DNA of 59,585 bases, counting the filler, from Sphacelaria rigidula (taxonomy: Eukaryota): assembly GCA_964200075.2 (NCBI GenBank). It is 10 parts of 10 records of this genome, joined end to end, with 100 filler letters (N's around TTAATTAATTAA, not from the genome) between each part and the next. Parts side by side here need not be neighbours in the genome. Positions count along the whole stretch, not along the records: positions 11,939 to 17,807 come from CAXNAA020023850.1; positions 17,908 to 23,776 come from CAXNAA020023851.1; 8 more parts are not named here. The stretch is one strand, 5' to 3'. Position 1 is the stretch's first letter, and every line of letters starts with the position of its first letter. This document shows, one piece after another, positions 13,242 through 23,776 of the stretch. The translations under genes and the position numbers were made by a program. A model generated the notes under the pieces. That model was not told where the DNA came from, searched no databases, and worked only from the letters and a program-made list of their open reading frames with translations.

Positions 13242-13306
13242 CAAAACTGTAGACATCGGCGGCTTTGCTGTAGGGCTCGTGTCGAATCACTTCGGGTGCC
13301 ATCCAC
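13242..13306 (-). CDS. TKL protein kinase exon, subdomains VIII-IX
   Basis: cag|G TGG... encodes WMAPEVIRHEPYSKAADVYSF+G|gtaag; a phase-1 junction with the next exon restores DVYSFGVVLWE. Confidence 0.92.
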
Positions 13307-15361
13307 CTGCCAGTAATGCAAAGAACAAGATGAGTACAAAGAACAGGGACGGGGGACGGGGGACGGGGGACGGGAGGGGCTCAACTGACTAGACAGTGCT
13401 TCCAGGTTGGCGGTGGGCTCAGCAGTTCTACACACACAACAAAATATGTGCCACTACTGCACCTCTGTTGAGACATGTCTGCTGCAAAATTCCGTCACCA
13501 CCGAACGGGATCATTGTCGAGGTCACCCTTACACCACGATTGATCCATATATCATCATCTATAACCACCATTGTGCAGAATCTGAGCCAATGCTGAACCG
13601 GTAAAAATCTGCGGGAAGGCGTGTTGGATATATGCCTCTGGCAAATCGTATATCTTGCAAGGACATGATTGGCTGCTGGGCAAATTCATGACGGAATGGC
13701 GTGAGTTATATTGCATTCCAGTGTCGCTAGCTTCAGACTGGATGCAGGCGTCACTACAGTGCTTCTTCTACTCTTCGCCATTCTCCATACTATCACGTCT
13801 CATTCTCTCGATAGCTCGCACCATGTGTGGCTGACCATGCGTCGTTGGTCACTGCCTTAACTGCCCTAACTACCTAAGTATTCAACACGCTAGCGTGGTC
13901 GATTGGGTGATCCATCAATAGTTCGGTGGCCAGATTGTGACAACATCATCAATATTCACCTCGGCGGGAGTGAGCACGATTTCAACAATGCCGACCAACA
14001 ACATGGGCAGAGTTGCCGCTTCGCGACTTTTCTGGAAGGGATGGGAGCCACTACATCAGGCTCGATAGGAAAAGGTGTCGGAAAAATAAATCGGTCAACA
14101 TGATCGACTCCAAGTGCGGTGTCTCATGATTTCATAATACTCGTCAGTCAACGCCCCATCCTGTGGATATCTTTCATCTGGGCGGTTCATATTCGAGATG
14201 GTAGGGCAAGGCTAGGTAGTATCCGATCAGGAAGAGGAACCACATCGATTACCTTCCCCTGGCCATCGCATCTTCCGTTCGTCGGGAGTTCCCACATATT
14301 CGTCATATTGGCATACGATCAAATTGAACGCTACCAACAGCGGGTAGAGGGACAGCAGCTCAAAACACTGCAGGGTCCGAGAGAGGTATGACGCGAGCAT
14401 ACACCGGTCCAAACAAAAGCATTACCGCCGGCGGAACCAGGCGTGGCTTCGCCAGAAAAAGTACCGAACCCGTATCCGTACGACGCGCTGGAGTCGCTTG
14501 AGTGGGTAACGAAACTCCTTTACTAGTACCCTCCAAGTCTCGGGTTCAAAAGGGACTCGGGCAACAAAGATCACCGGCTCAAGAGAGATTGGGGTAGACA
14601 AACCACGAGCCTTGGAGAACTTGGTGAAGGAAGCCACTGGTCCTGTGAGGGCTGGGATGGACAAGCGGCGAGCCGCACTAGAGTGAAGTTGAGCATCCCA
14701 CTTTCCAGATATTCTGGACTAATGTTGGATGAGGAATATACTGCGCCTGCAGGGGATTCTGTTGTGAATTTCGGCGCGGGTAAGAACGAGGTCTCAAAGA
14801 TCCTACTTTCCAAGGCGAAGGTTGAGGACTCGCCGTTACCAGGGTTCAAGGCAGCCTTGGAGGAGCTGAGGTCAGCGGGGATCCATGCTCCGGACATTGT
14901 GCGCAAAAGCGCAGCTTGAGAGAACTGGAATCTTGACTGTGAGAGAGTGACAGACGGGACAGGAGGTTGCGTGTCTAGCAGTGATCAATCGGATGAGTAT
15001 CTCGTACGGATAGGACGAACATCATCTCAAAGGGTCAGACGAATCCCCACTGGTTCAAACCACCAGATCTACGATTTCTGAGGTCTGAATGGCCGCAAGA
15101 TACAAAAAGGTGCACCGCGGGCGAGAAAAAAAAGTCTACGCAAATTTTGCGCTATTCTACTCGCCTGGGGTGCGCGTACCTGGGATGAAAACACTGAAAA
15201 CAAAGCCCAGGGATTGATGGATTCGTTCGGTACGGATCAATTGCACTGACAGATGGTAATTTTCAGACGAATCAATGCTCGTCCGGCCTTTGCATGCGAT
15301 TTTTGACGCACCTCTCGAAGAAGGCAGTGGGGGCAAGAGCAAGGTGTTCGGCGGGTACAGT

Positions 15362-15623
15362 CCACACGTCGGACAACAGGTCATGCCCTACACAAACATT
15401 GCTTCTTGATAGTGTACTGATCCGGATCATAAGCAAGCTCATGTGGCTCCTTGTCCCACATTTCCCCCCTACAGCGCTGGACGCCGAGCACGCGGAGTAG
15501 CGCAAAGGTGGCGCTTTGGCTTCTCTGACTCCGCTGTCACCTATTTTGTGTTCTTGGTCGACGCATCTTGGAGTTCTCTTTGATTAGTTATTTTAGGTAG
15601 CTCATGAGCTGTCCGACGTGTGG
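15362..15623. mobile_element. MITE family A, perfect 14-bp TIR, TSD TACAGT
   Basis: ccacacgtcggaca ... tgtccgacgtgtgg, flanked by TACAGT at 15356-15361 and 15624-15629. Confidence 0.85.
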
Positions 15624-15629
15624 TACAGT

Positions 15630-15768
15630 CCACACCCTGGACAATAGATGACATTGCCAAAAAATATACTGCTTACAGTATCTACTATTGCGTCTATTGC
15701 AATAAACAATAGATCCCATACTGTACGCAGTACATTTTTCACGATGTGATCTTTGGTCCAGGGTGTGG
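15630..15768. mobile_element. MITE family B (TIR CCACACCCTGGAC), tandem to the family A copy
   Basis: ccacaccctggac ... gtccagggtgtgg, flanked by TACAGT (15624-15629) and GACAGT (15769-15774). Confidence 0.85.
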
Positions 15769-16570
15769 GACAGTCCCAGCACCGTACATACTAGGCACGA
15801 GCAGCGCCTACGAGGGTTTGCTGCGCATTTGTGTGGAACCGACCTTCCATTATCAAAAGAAGGACGCATATGGGTTTTTGCGCACTGACTGTCCATGCGA
15901 TTTTTTGCGCTTTCATTTTTTTCTCAACTGGTACTTGTCCTGCGTGTGGGCCATTGGCAACACGCGTCGTCAGGGATTCCAAGCGCTGTTCGAGCGAGTC
16001 ATAGGCTCTACTGTTTTGTGGTACCGTGCTGAAGGTGTGGGGGTATTGACTGTTGACTTTCCGCAAGATTCTCCCGTCAGAGGTAGACTCTGTCTTTTTT
16101 TGCCTTCGAGTCCAAGGGTGCCTATGGCTTCGGCCCAACCAATATGAGTGATTGCCGATGGAGTCGGGTGTGTTACCCTTTTGGCACATGTGACGCAATT
16201 GGAAGCATATTTTACTTGCGAGCCCGCGCCTGTGCAACAATATCTCCTAGCCTCATCAAATCGACAGCGAGAAAGGTACTTGCGATTTCTGATATGCCAC
16301 GATGGTCGGTTCGCGGGTTCATGTCCGCAAACTTGGCTTGTCGGGATCCTTCTCGGTAGCTAAACTAGCTCTTGCTTAGGCGTTTTCCTCGATTCCCCCA
16401 GTCTTCTTCCCCTGTACCCTCTGTATTCCGTTATTTTCCCTTCTTCTCCTGTGCGCCACCACACCACACCTTCCCCTCGCTAGCCCACATGCAGCGTCCT
16501 AAGAAAACACGATGTTTTCCTCTTCTGTTCGCTGCATTCGTATATTCTCCGGAAAATGGAGTACACCCTT

Positions 16571-16902
16571 TGTTCAACGCCGTAATGCTGCTCCAAACCG
16601 CCCGTGTAAGCCCACAATGATGTGGCTCCTAATAATATCATGCGGGAGGCTCTTCCCAAAAGCAGCTCCGAGATCGAGCTCGTCGACGTGGACCCTGCTC
16701 AGCTCAACGGTACCATTCCACGCGACGTGAGCCCGGGTTTCGGGCTTGCGCCATCCAAAACGATAACGTCGAGTTGAGCAGGGCCCAGGTCGACGAGCTC
16801 GATCTCACAACTGCCCTTGGGTGAACCTCACGCGTAATGTTGTTCAGGGCCAGATCGTTGAGGGCAACGTCGGCGCGGTGATGCACATCACGGCGTTGAA
16901 CA
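16571..16902. repeat. Long imperfect inverted repeat (foldback), ~140-bp arms, ~55-bp spacer
   Basis: tgttcaacgccgt...gagatcgagctcgtcgacgtggaccctgctcagctc pairs with gagttgagcagggcccaggtcgacgagctcgatctc...acggcgttgaaca. Confidence 0.85.
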
Positions 16903-17285
16903 GTTATTTATTCCATGTTCGGAGAGCATAAACGAAGGCAACATACAGAAGAGGTGACTGTGGTGTTTTATTTTTATTTTAGAAGGCTTTGTGTGGGCGA
17001 GCGAGCAGAAGGTGTGGTCGCGGTTGTTGCTTGTTCAGCCCAACGGATAGACAAGAAAACTCACAATGCAAGCAGTCAGTATCTACCGCACGCTGGAGCG
17101 GCTGATACGACCTCTGCACGAGTTGACCGTGTCAGCAGCATCGGAATATACAAGACAAGACGGGAAGATGGGTCCCGACTATGCGCTGGCGCCAACGGGA
17201 AAGACTTAACATGGCCGCCATGAGCTACCAAAATGACTGGAAGCACCGGAGCCATCAGATTGAAGCAGCGAAAACTGTCGGAAAC

Positions 17286-17540
17286 TATCGCACGTGTGAT
17301 TTTTGCCCTGCGATAGTCGACACCGTACCTCCAAGCTAGCTCCGCTTGTCGCCGATCTTGAAATGCTGAGCCCAGCATCTTCGAGCTTCGCGATGGGCTT
17401 TGATCTCTGACTGCAGTCAGGAATCAAAGCTCCTCCCGAAACCTCAAGATGCTGGGCTAACATCTCCAAATCCGCCACAAGCGGAGCTAGCTTGGAGTTA
17501 CGGTGTCGATTGTCGCGGGGCAAAAAGCACAAGTACGATA
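17286..17540. repeat. ~255-bp near-spacerless palindrome
   Basis: tcgacaccgtacctccaagctagctccgcttgt...agcccagcatctt pairs with aagatgctgggct...acaagcggagctagcttggagttacggtgtcga; centre ctgactgcagtcag is a perfect palindrome. Confidence 0.88.
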
Positions 17541-19245
17541 CGATAGCCCGTACTCGCCACTATACACACCGGCTTAACGATATACTTGCAGGAGGAACAC
17601 GTGTCAACTCTGGTTGGGTCAGACACACGTTGAATGAAGGTATATACATTTTCACAGGCACCGTAGGTACTGTAGGTACCCGGTATCGGTATTTGGGACA
17701 TCTCATACCCTACCGATACCGACCCGATCCGGTATTTTCAAATGCCATACCTACGATACCTGCCGTACCACGGTATTTCGAGATTTCAATACCTACCGTA
17801 CCCCCCANNNNNNNNNNNNNNNNNNNNNNNNNNNNNNNNNNNNNNNNNNNNTTAATTAATTAANNNNNNNNNNNNNNNNNNNNNNNNNNNNNNNNNNNNN
17901 NNNNNNNATATGAAAGTCATTTGTCATGAATTTAGGTCGGGGAAAGCACAGCTTTTCAGTTGAACCTCATTTTTTTTCACCCCATTTTCGAGAATCCACT
18001 GTTGACTCTTTTTATTTTTTTGGACACATTTTCCCTCATAAGTCTGCACTGTGAACACGTCGGTTTTGAACATTTCTGCACCAAAATCGCCGTCAGATCA
18101 CGGGCTTTTAGGGGGGTGACTGCCGTGTCGGACGATCAAACCGTCTTGGTGTAAACCACGAAAAACCTCCCGCCCCGAAAGAAGAATCATCAGCTATTAT
18201 TCATCTCACTAACATGTTGATTAATAATCCAGCCTTAGGCCCTCGATCCTGGGATGGTTCCTGCACGCTCTGTCTTGTGGCATCTCTTGTCCGAAAGGCA
18301 ATGTTGGTTACACATTTTGCGGTATATCACTCTTGAGACGGAGACTCTCGGGGGTATGTAATTGGCCTCGATGAGATAGACGCTATAATGTGGTGATATG
18401 GACTCTGCTCGCAAGGCAGTAGTTCGCTAAAGTAGTAGTAGTATTGTTTTTTAGGGTACCTACTTCGTGAGCATGAGGACGACAAAAATAGTGGATACTG
18501 TACCTCGTGCGCCATCTGCAGGAAACCTCTCTCCAGCCGATCGCGATATGAACATGGCGATGTTCTCTCAAAAATGCGCGGCGTGTAGAAATCTCGGGCC
18601 GCCAGGTCAGTGTAGCCACCCTCTTCCCCGCTACATACCCTTTTGCTTGGTTGGGTGCCTCCCCCCCGTCGGGCTCAATATTGGAAGTAATACAGCAACT
18701 GTCATGCAATGACAAACTTTGTCTAGACTGTTGCCCGACAATGACAACGACTCTGCTGTCGATACGCACGCCATGGGGACGAGCCCTCGCCTAGTATCGA
18801 GGAGGGTTTTCAATTGCCATGCTCCCCTTTCTCGCCCTTGTCGCAATTCGATTTCGCATGCTAGAGCACATGCATGCTGCACAACGCTGCCACTCACAAA
18901 AGCCTCAGCGGTTCAATCGTTTTCATCGCCGATCCATCTGCCTTAATGATCTTTATATGAATATCCAAATACGGCTGCTACTTTACACCTACCGTGCTAA
19001 ATATCGCACCCTTGGAGTATCATTGAAGGTGTTGTTTTAAGACAACGCTAGGAGCAGGGAAACGGTGCTGTGGCGTTCGTAGTTGAGTGCACTAAGAAGG
19101 CACCGGTCGGAGTATATCTTGATCGATTTACTCTGACCAACGGGTTGTATGTGTATGTTCGGTCAAATATATAAAAACAAAACAAGAAGTAGCAGCTCGT
19201 GCGTTCAAGCTATCAACACACTGCCCAGCCGTGAGTGATGGTGGT

Positions 19246-19329
19246 ATGTCGACCAGAACTGAGGTTTCGAGGCGTCCTGGACGAGGAAGATGTCTCATCG
19301 CAGCTCAAGACTTCGCTGTGGGTGACCTC
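19246..19329 (+). CDS. Probable first exon of a SET-domain (SMYD-type) methyltransferase
   Basis: MSTRTEVSRRPGRGRCLIAAQDFAVGDL|gtgagt resembles the SET N-terminal 'GRGxxLxAxxDxxxGDL' motif and has a consensus donor; downstream exons not found. Confidence 0.6.
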
Positions 19330-20799
19330 GTGAGTCCACTCGCTCGATCGTTCATGAATTTTCTTGTAAACCGGATGTGGCGACTGCCCTGCCGAAACCT
19401 GATATCCGTCTTGGCTGACTGCAACGGTATTGATCGATTGATTGATCGTCGCACAGGAACTGACTGCTGATCCCCGAGGGACCTAGCCTTGACCATAGGG
19501 TGGTTGTACCCAAGGTAACCACAACAGTTTTCTATTCCACATTTTTTTTTCGTGATACCGATCAACGTACTCGCTTCGCGTTTTCGTCTCACTGCGAGGG
19601 TGCAATCGTCCCAGCTCGCGTCGGCCGCTATGTCCAGTCCGCCAACTCTGGCACTTATCCACACATATCTCATCTCCATCAACGTGCTTTCCGTGACAGT
19701 ACCCTAACTCCGGGTGGAACTCTGCAGCTGCAGGACTGAGTCTGAGTTCCAGTACAGGTTAAATTTCAGCACCTGCAGAGTTCACCCTGGAGGTCATCAC
19801 TATCGGCATGACCCGCGGACTAGTTCACGTTTTATCACTGTTGATGGAGCACACAGAAAAGTCAGTAGGCCATGCCCCTCCTCCACGCACGGTTGTGTCG
19901 TTTCGTCGCTGGTTAGTGCTACCTGAACCCCTACACAACCATCCCCAATCAGGTGGTTGTCGTGGGGAAGAAGGCAATATATTATCCAGCACAGTGTTGT
20001 ACTTTGCCGAGTGTCATAATCTGCGATCACCACGGCTTGGTTCCACTGGTTGATAGTCGGCGGCTCCATTGGCAGTTACCGCCTTGTGACCCAGCATCAG
20101 GTTCCACAAGTCCTCGGCATCCTGCTCCTCACTTTCCTCCTTGCCCTTTCCCTTTCCTTCTTCTTTGTGGCTATCAGGGCCCACCTCCCTCTCACTATCC
20201 TGCTCCTGCTGCGTGCTCCAAAGCGAGAGACGCCCGCTCGTCTGTCTGGTTGCGCTCTCTGCCTCGGGCCCTGCTGGACCACTGGCCGTTTCCCCTGTTA
20301 GGACAACATACCCCACCGCCCCTGTTTTCAGAGTCTGGAGGCGCCCCAAGCATGCTGCCAGCACAGAGCGTGACATATCCTGGGAGGATGCAAGTCATTG
20401 AATTCCTGTTGACACATCATGCCTAGCCGCTGCCATCTCTTGTGCTTAATGCTTAGAGGCATACACATTGCTTGCCCCAGTTCGCAAAATGGGAACCGGG
20501 CGAGTGCCAAGCATCATGATATCCGCCGTGTCCTCTGCAACACATTGCCAATTGTTGCATTTCTGAACGATACTCTTTGCAGATCGACGACTTTACCGGT
20601 ACCGACTGGGCCGCCCTCCACACATGGTAGCGCACCTAGTACTGTGCTCGGCGGCATCTGCACGACTCGGTCGAGCTGGGCTGCATCGCAACTGGCCGTC
20701 CTAAACCCGGCGCTCGCCCTTTCCCGGACGCCGCCCGGCACTGGGTCCACTAACGCTTCTAGCTCCTGCTGAGCGCTCCATGCTGGTATTCTGAGTGTG

Positions 20800-22870
20800 T
20801 TCTCAACCCAAAACCTGCTATTGTCTCCATCTCCCTTTACGACTGGTTATGCCGCTACCTATTTTGCAACTGATAGCGGAGGGCCTACTCGGGGATGGAT
20901 CGACACTGTCGGAACGTTCTGCGAGTTCTTTCCCATCCACTGACATCGCCATTTCGGTGTGGGACCCAAAGCACCTGCTACCGGGCCAGTGTAAAGCTGC
21001 AGCATGTCCCTTTCTGTGCGCTTCGTCCCATCAGTATGGGGATGGAGTGAGGTCCCCAGCCACCGTTAGCGAAGCGTGGTCGGTTTATAGCGGCTGAGGT
21101 GGTCACCTTGATCACGAGGATATGCCTCGTGCCCTGGGAGCTAATAAGAGGTCCGGCGGGGATGCCACGACCCAGGTTACTCCAAGCATTGAGCGTAGAG
21201 CCAACCAGGCCGCGTCTCGTGTGAGATGCTGGGCCAGTAAATGAACACTGCAGGCATGTGTCTTTCTCAGTCGACATTTTTTGGATGATCGTGGGTATGA
21301 CTTGGTATAGAAGTTTCAAGATCTACTTGACGATAGGAACGGGTCCCATCACGTTGTGCTACACCAAGACTCATGGCCATTATTTGGAATTGGATTTGAA
21401 GGAGTAGACTTACGTCTGGATGGTAATGCCGTTCGTATGGAACGAGAGCACGTGTGCCCATCACAAGGTGTCAGGGATTAGGACATACTTCTTGAGGGCC
21501 AGAAGGATTCCTGCGGCTACCTACATTGACGGGGCCGTTGGCTACGAGAGAGTAGCTTGGACGGTTGCAGTGGAAAATGGCCGCAGCGGTACTAGCATTG
21601 GCAGTGTCAGAATCATTTCTGGCAAGGTTTTACTCGAGTGCGACCAAATGCGACTGGTTCTTGAGGCGGGTGCAACGGTATTCATTGATATTGTGTGATA
21701 GTGAACGAGCAGTGTACCAAGTTCCACGGAATAAGTTAGACTCGCTGAGCGATGTCGCGAGGGCGGGTCGAGGGAGAAGATAGCCGGTAAATGCATGAGC
21801 CTGGCAGCTGCGGGGAGACCAGCGTTTTTATAGACAGACGTCATTTTCAAGGTTGTAAGAACTCTGAACAAGTTGGGGAGGGGAAGTGGGTCACAGAGAT
21901 TTCGGTGCAGAGGGGTGGCGGGATCTGGGGTAGATTTGAGCTCTGGTGTAGAGTCACTGAGCAGTGGAGGAAGGTTCCACACCCTGGACAGATCACACGG
22001 TCAAAACGTGTACTGCGTACAACATCGACTTTTGCATCTGTTGCATTAGACAATACTGCAGATCCCATACTGTGCGCAGTACATTTTTTGACAATATAAT
22101 CTGTTGTCCAGGGTGTGGAGGGTTCACGCTATTCCGCGAAGCACTATGCATCGTCAGTCACGCAAGCGGCAGCCGGTGCGTCGTCAAACGGTGTGGGGAG
22201 AGGTGTTCCGTGTTGCGGAAAACTTGTTCCAAGCAGGCGCCGAATTTTGGTCGGTGTGAGTGCAAGGGCACATGAACGCAAAATAATCCTTCGCGCTTGA
22301 AGCAGTGTTGAAAACATTCTGCAGGAGGTCGCAGGGGCGGCTGCGAGGGGCACAGTGCTGGGTTATGGGGACAATTCTTCAGTAGGGGGTTGCTTTGCAA
22401 AGAGCAGATCGCAAAATTCCGTCACGCATGCGCTGTCGCTAGTCTTATAAATGACGCAAAGTAAAGCCTACAGAGGAGTGAAGGTTTCCGGCTGCGGTTG
22501 CATGGGTGCCGTCAGCACAAGATGTCGAGGCAGACGCCATCACCAGGTTGAAACGGGTGCATTTTGTGCGGCTAAGGCCGGAAAAAATCGCGTATTTGTG
22601 AGAAGTTTTAGAGCCAAGTGATGCCGACCTGGTGGCCACCGATGTGTCGGCGCAGCAGATACCCAGGGGACAACCAGGAGCAGGGTAGCAGGTTGCCTTT
22701 CAGTTCACGATATTTCTCCCGAGGGGCGGTAGCTATAGACATTTTGGCGCAAGATGTAGCCTTGAACCCGGGATCGCGCAACGGAGGCTTCGAATTTTGT
22801 TTCCCGCCAGTTTGTATGGCAGAGTGGTCGGCGCGACCTATTTGCAGGTGGGGACTGCACATAAAAGCGT
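20800..22870 (+). mobile_element. Degenerate DIRS-like (tyrosine-recombinase) retrotransposon pol: RT, RNase H, methyltransferase-like domain
   Basis: Across stops and frameshifts: LSVEPTRPRLV*DA, HHVVLHQDSWPLFG, VMPFVWNES, ATYIDG (YIDD position), KCD...LCDS...VPRNKL; RNase H HMNAK*SFAL...GDN...WVPS...ADAITR; then LPFSSRY...IDILAQDV...FCFPP. The RT-RH-MT order is characteristic of DIRS elements. The gag may extend upstream to ~19950. Confidence 0.75.
21977..22118. mobile_element. MITE family B inserted in the DIRS-like pol
   Basis: TIR ccacaccctggaca/tgtccagggtgtgg; flanks AAGGTT (21971-21976) and AGGGTT (22119-22124). Confidence 0.85.
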
Positions 22871-23704
22871 CCAGGTCGCGAACGCCTCCAGGAACAAATC
22901 CACGACCAACCCAATTTCAAATATTGCTCACACGAAACAGCAGTCGCACTCTACAGCAGTCCGCAGCAGGCAGTAAATAAATGATCTTAGTGTAGGGCAG
23001 GAGACCGCACAACACGCCGACGAGCTCTCTGCTCGATACTGACGAGCCAAAAGTCAAACTGTTTTTGGCCAGCGAAGAAACGCGCATGGTCGATCGTATG
23101 GATGCTCTAAATACACCGACCCTATATGCAGCAGCTGCTTGTCATCAAGAATATCGCCATACACTACACTGTTGTACTGTTGTATAAGACACCACGCTGT
23201 CTGTACACTGTGCAGGCTATCCAGCCGCAGTACGAGTGGTGGTAGTGTTACTGTATCGTATCACTGGTCAACTGTACCGAGCACTACAAGTCCTGTACAG
23301 TACTGTAGTACTACTTCATTACTGTTGTCGGTTGTCCGCTGCACAGAATATGCAGTCCGCCCAGCAGGCAACAAATGACAGTATAATAGCGTAATGGTGT
23401 GATTCCACGACTTCACCCCCTCCTTGCGTGTATACGGCCGTGTATTGTACTCCGAGTGCCGCAGTATCCATCAACATGTCGTCATCTGCCCGGATACATA
23501 CTGCCCCCCCACGCATGGGCTGCGGCGAGTGAGTGTGGACGACGTAATCGCAAACACGCATGACAGGAGTACAGTTGAACACTCGACTGGTGAGCTTGTT
23601 GTCAAAGACGCCGCAGCAGCTGTCAATACTTTTTGAGCTGTTTAAATTGCCTTAAAAGTGCTCCAAGAGAAACCGACTTATTATATGATTCCCGATACGA
23701 GTAC

Positions 23705-23776
23705 GAGCTGGGCCAGCCTAGAGGCGGATTTGAAGTTTGCAGGCCCATGCTCTTTTATACATTAAGAGTTGGGCCC
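23705..23776 (+). mobile_element. Left end of a GAGCTGGGCCAGC-ended (Sola-like) element, cut by contig end
   Basis: GTAC|gagctgggccagcctagaggcggatttgaagtttgcagg, near-identical to the start at 48349. Confidence 0.75.

Noticed and set aside
18504..18673. Possible minus-strand exon (...GGYTDLAARDFYTPRIFERTSPCSYRDRLERGFLQMAHE|gt)
   Set aside because: Plausible donor but weak acceptor, no phase-compatible neighbour found and no recognisable domain.
20300..21000. Apparent PIF/Harbinger DDE transposase motifs on the minus strand
   Set aside because: Matches were weak and lacked the catalytic acidic residues; the plus strand is better explained as the start of the DIRS-like pol and gag.
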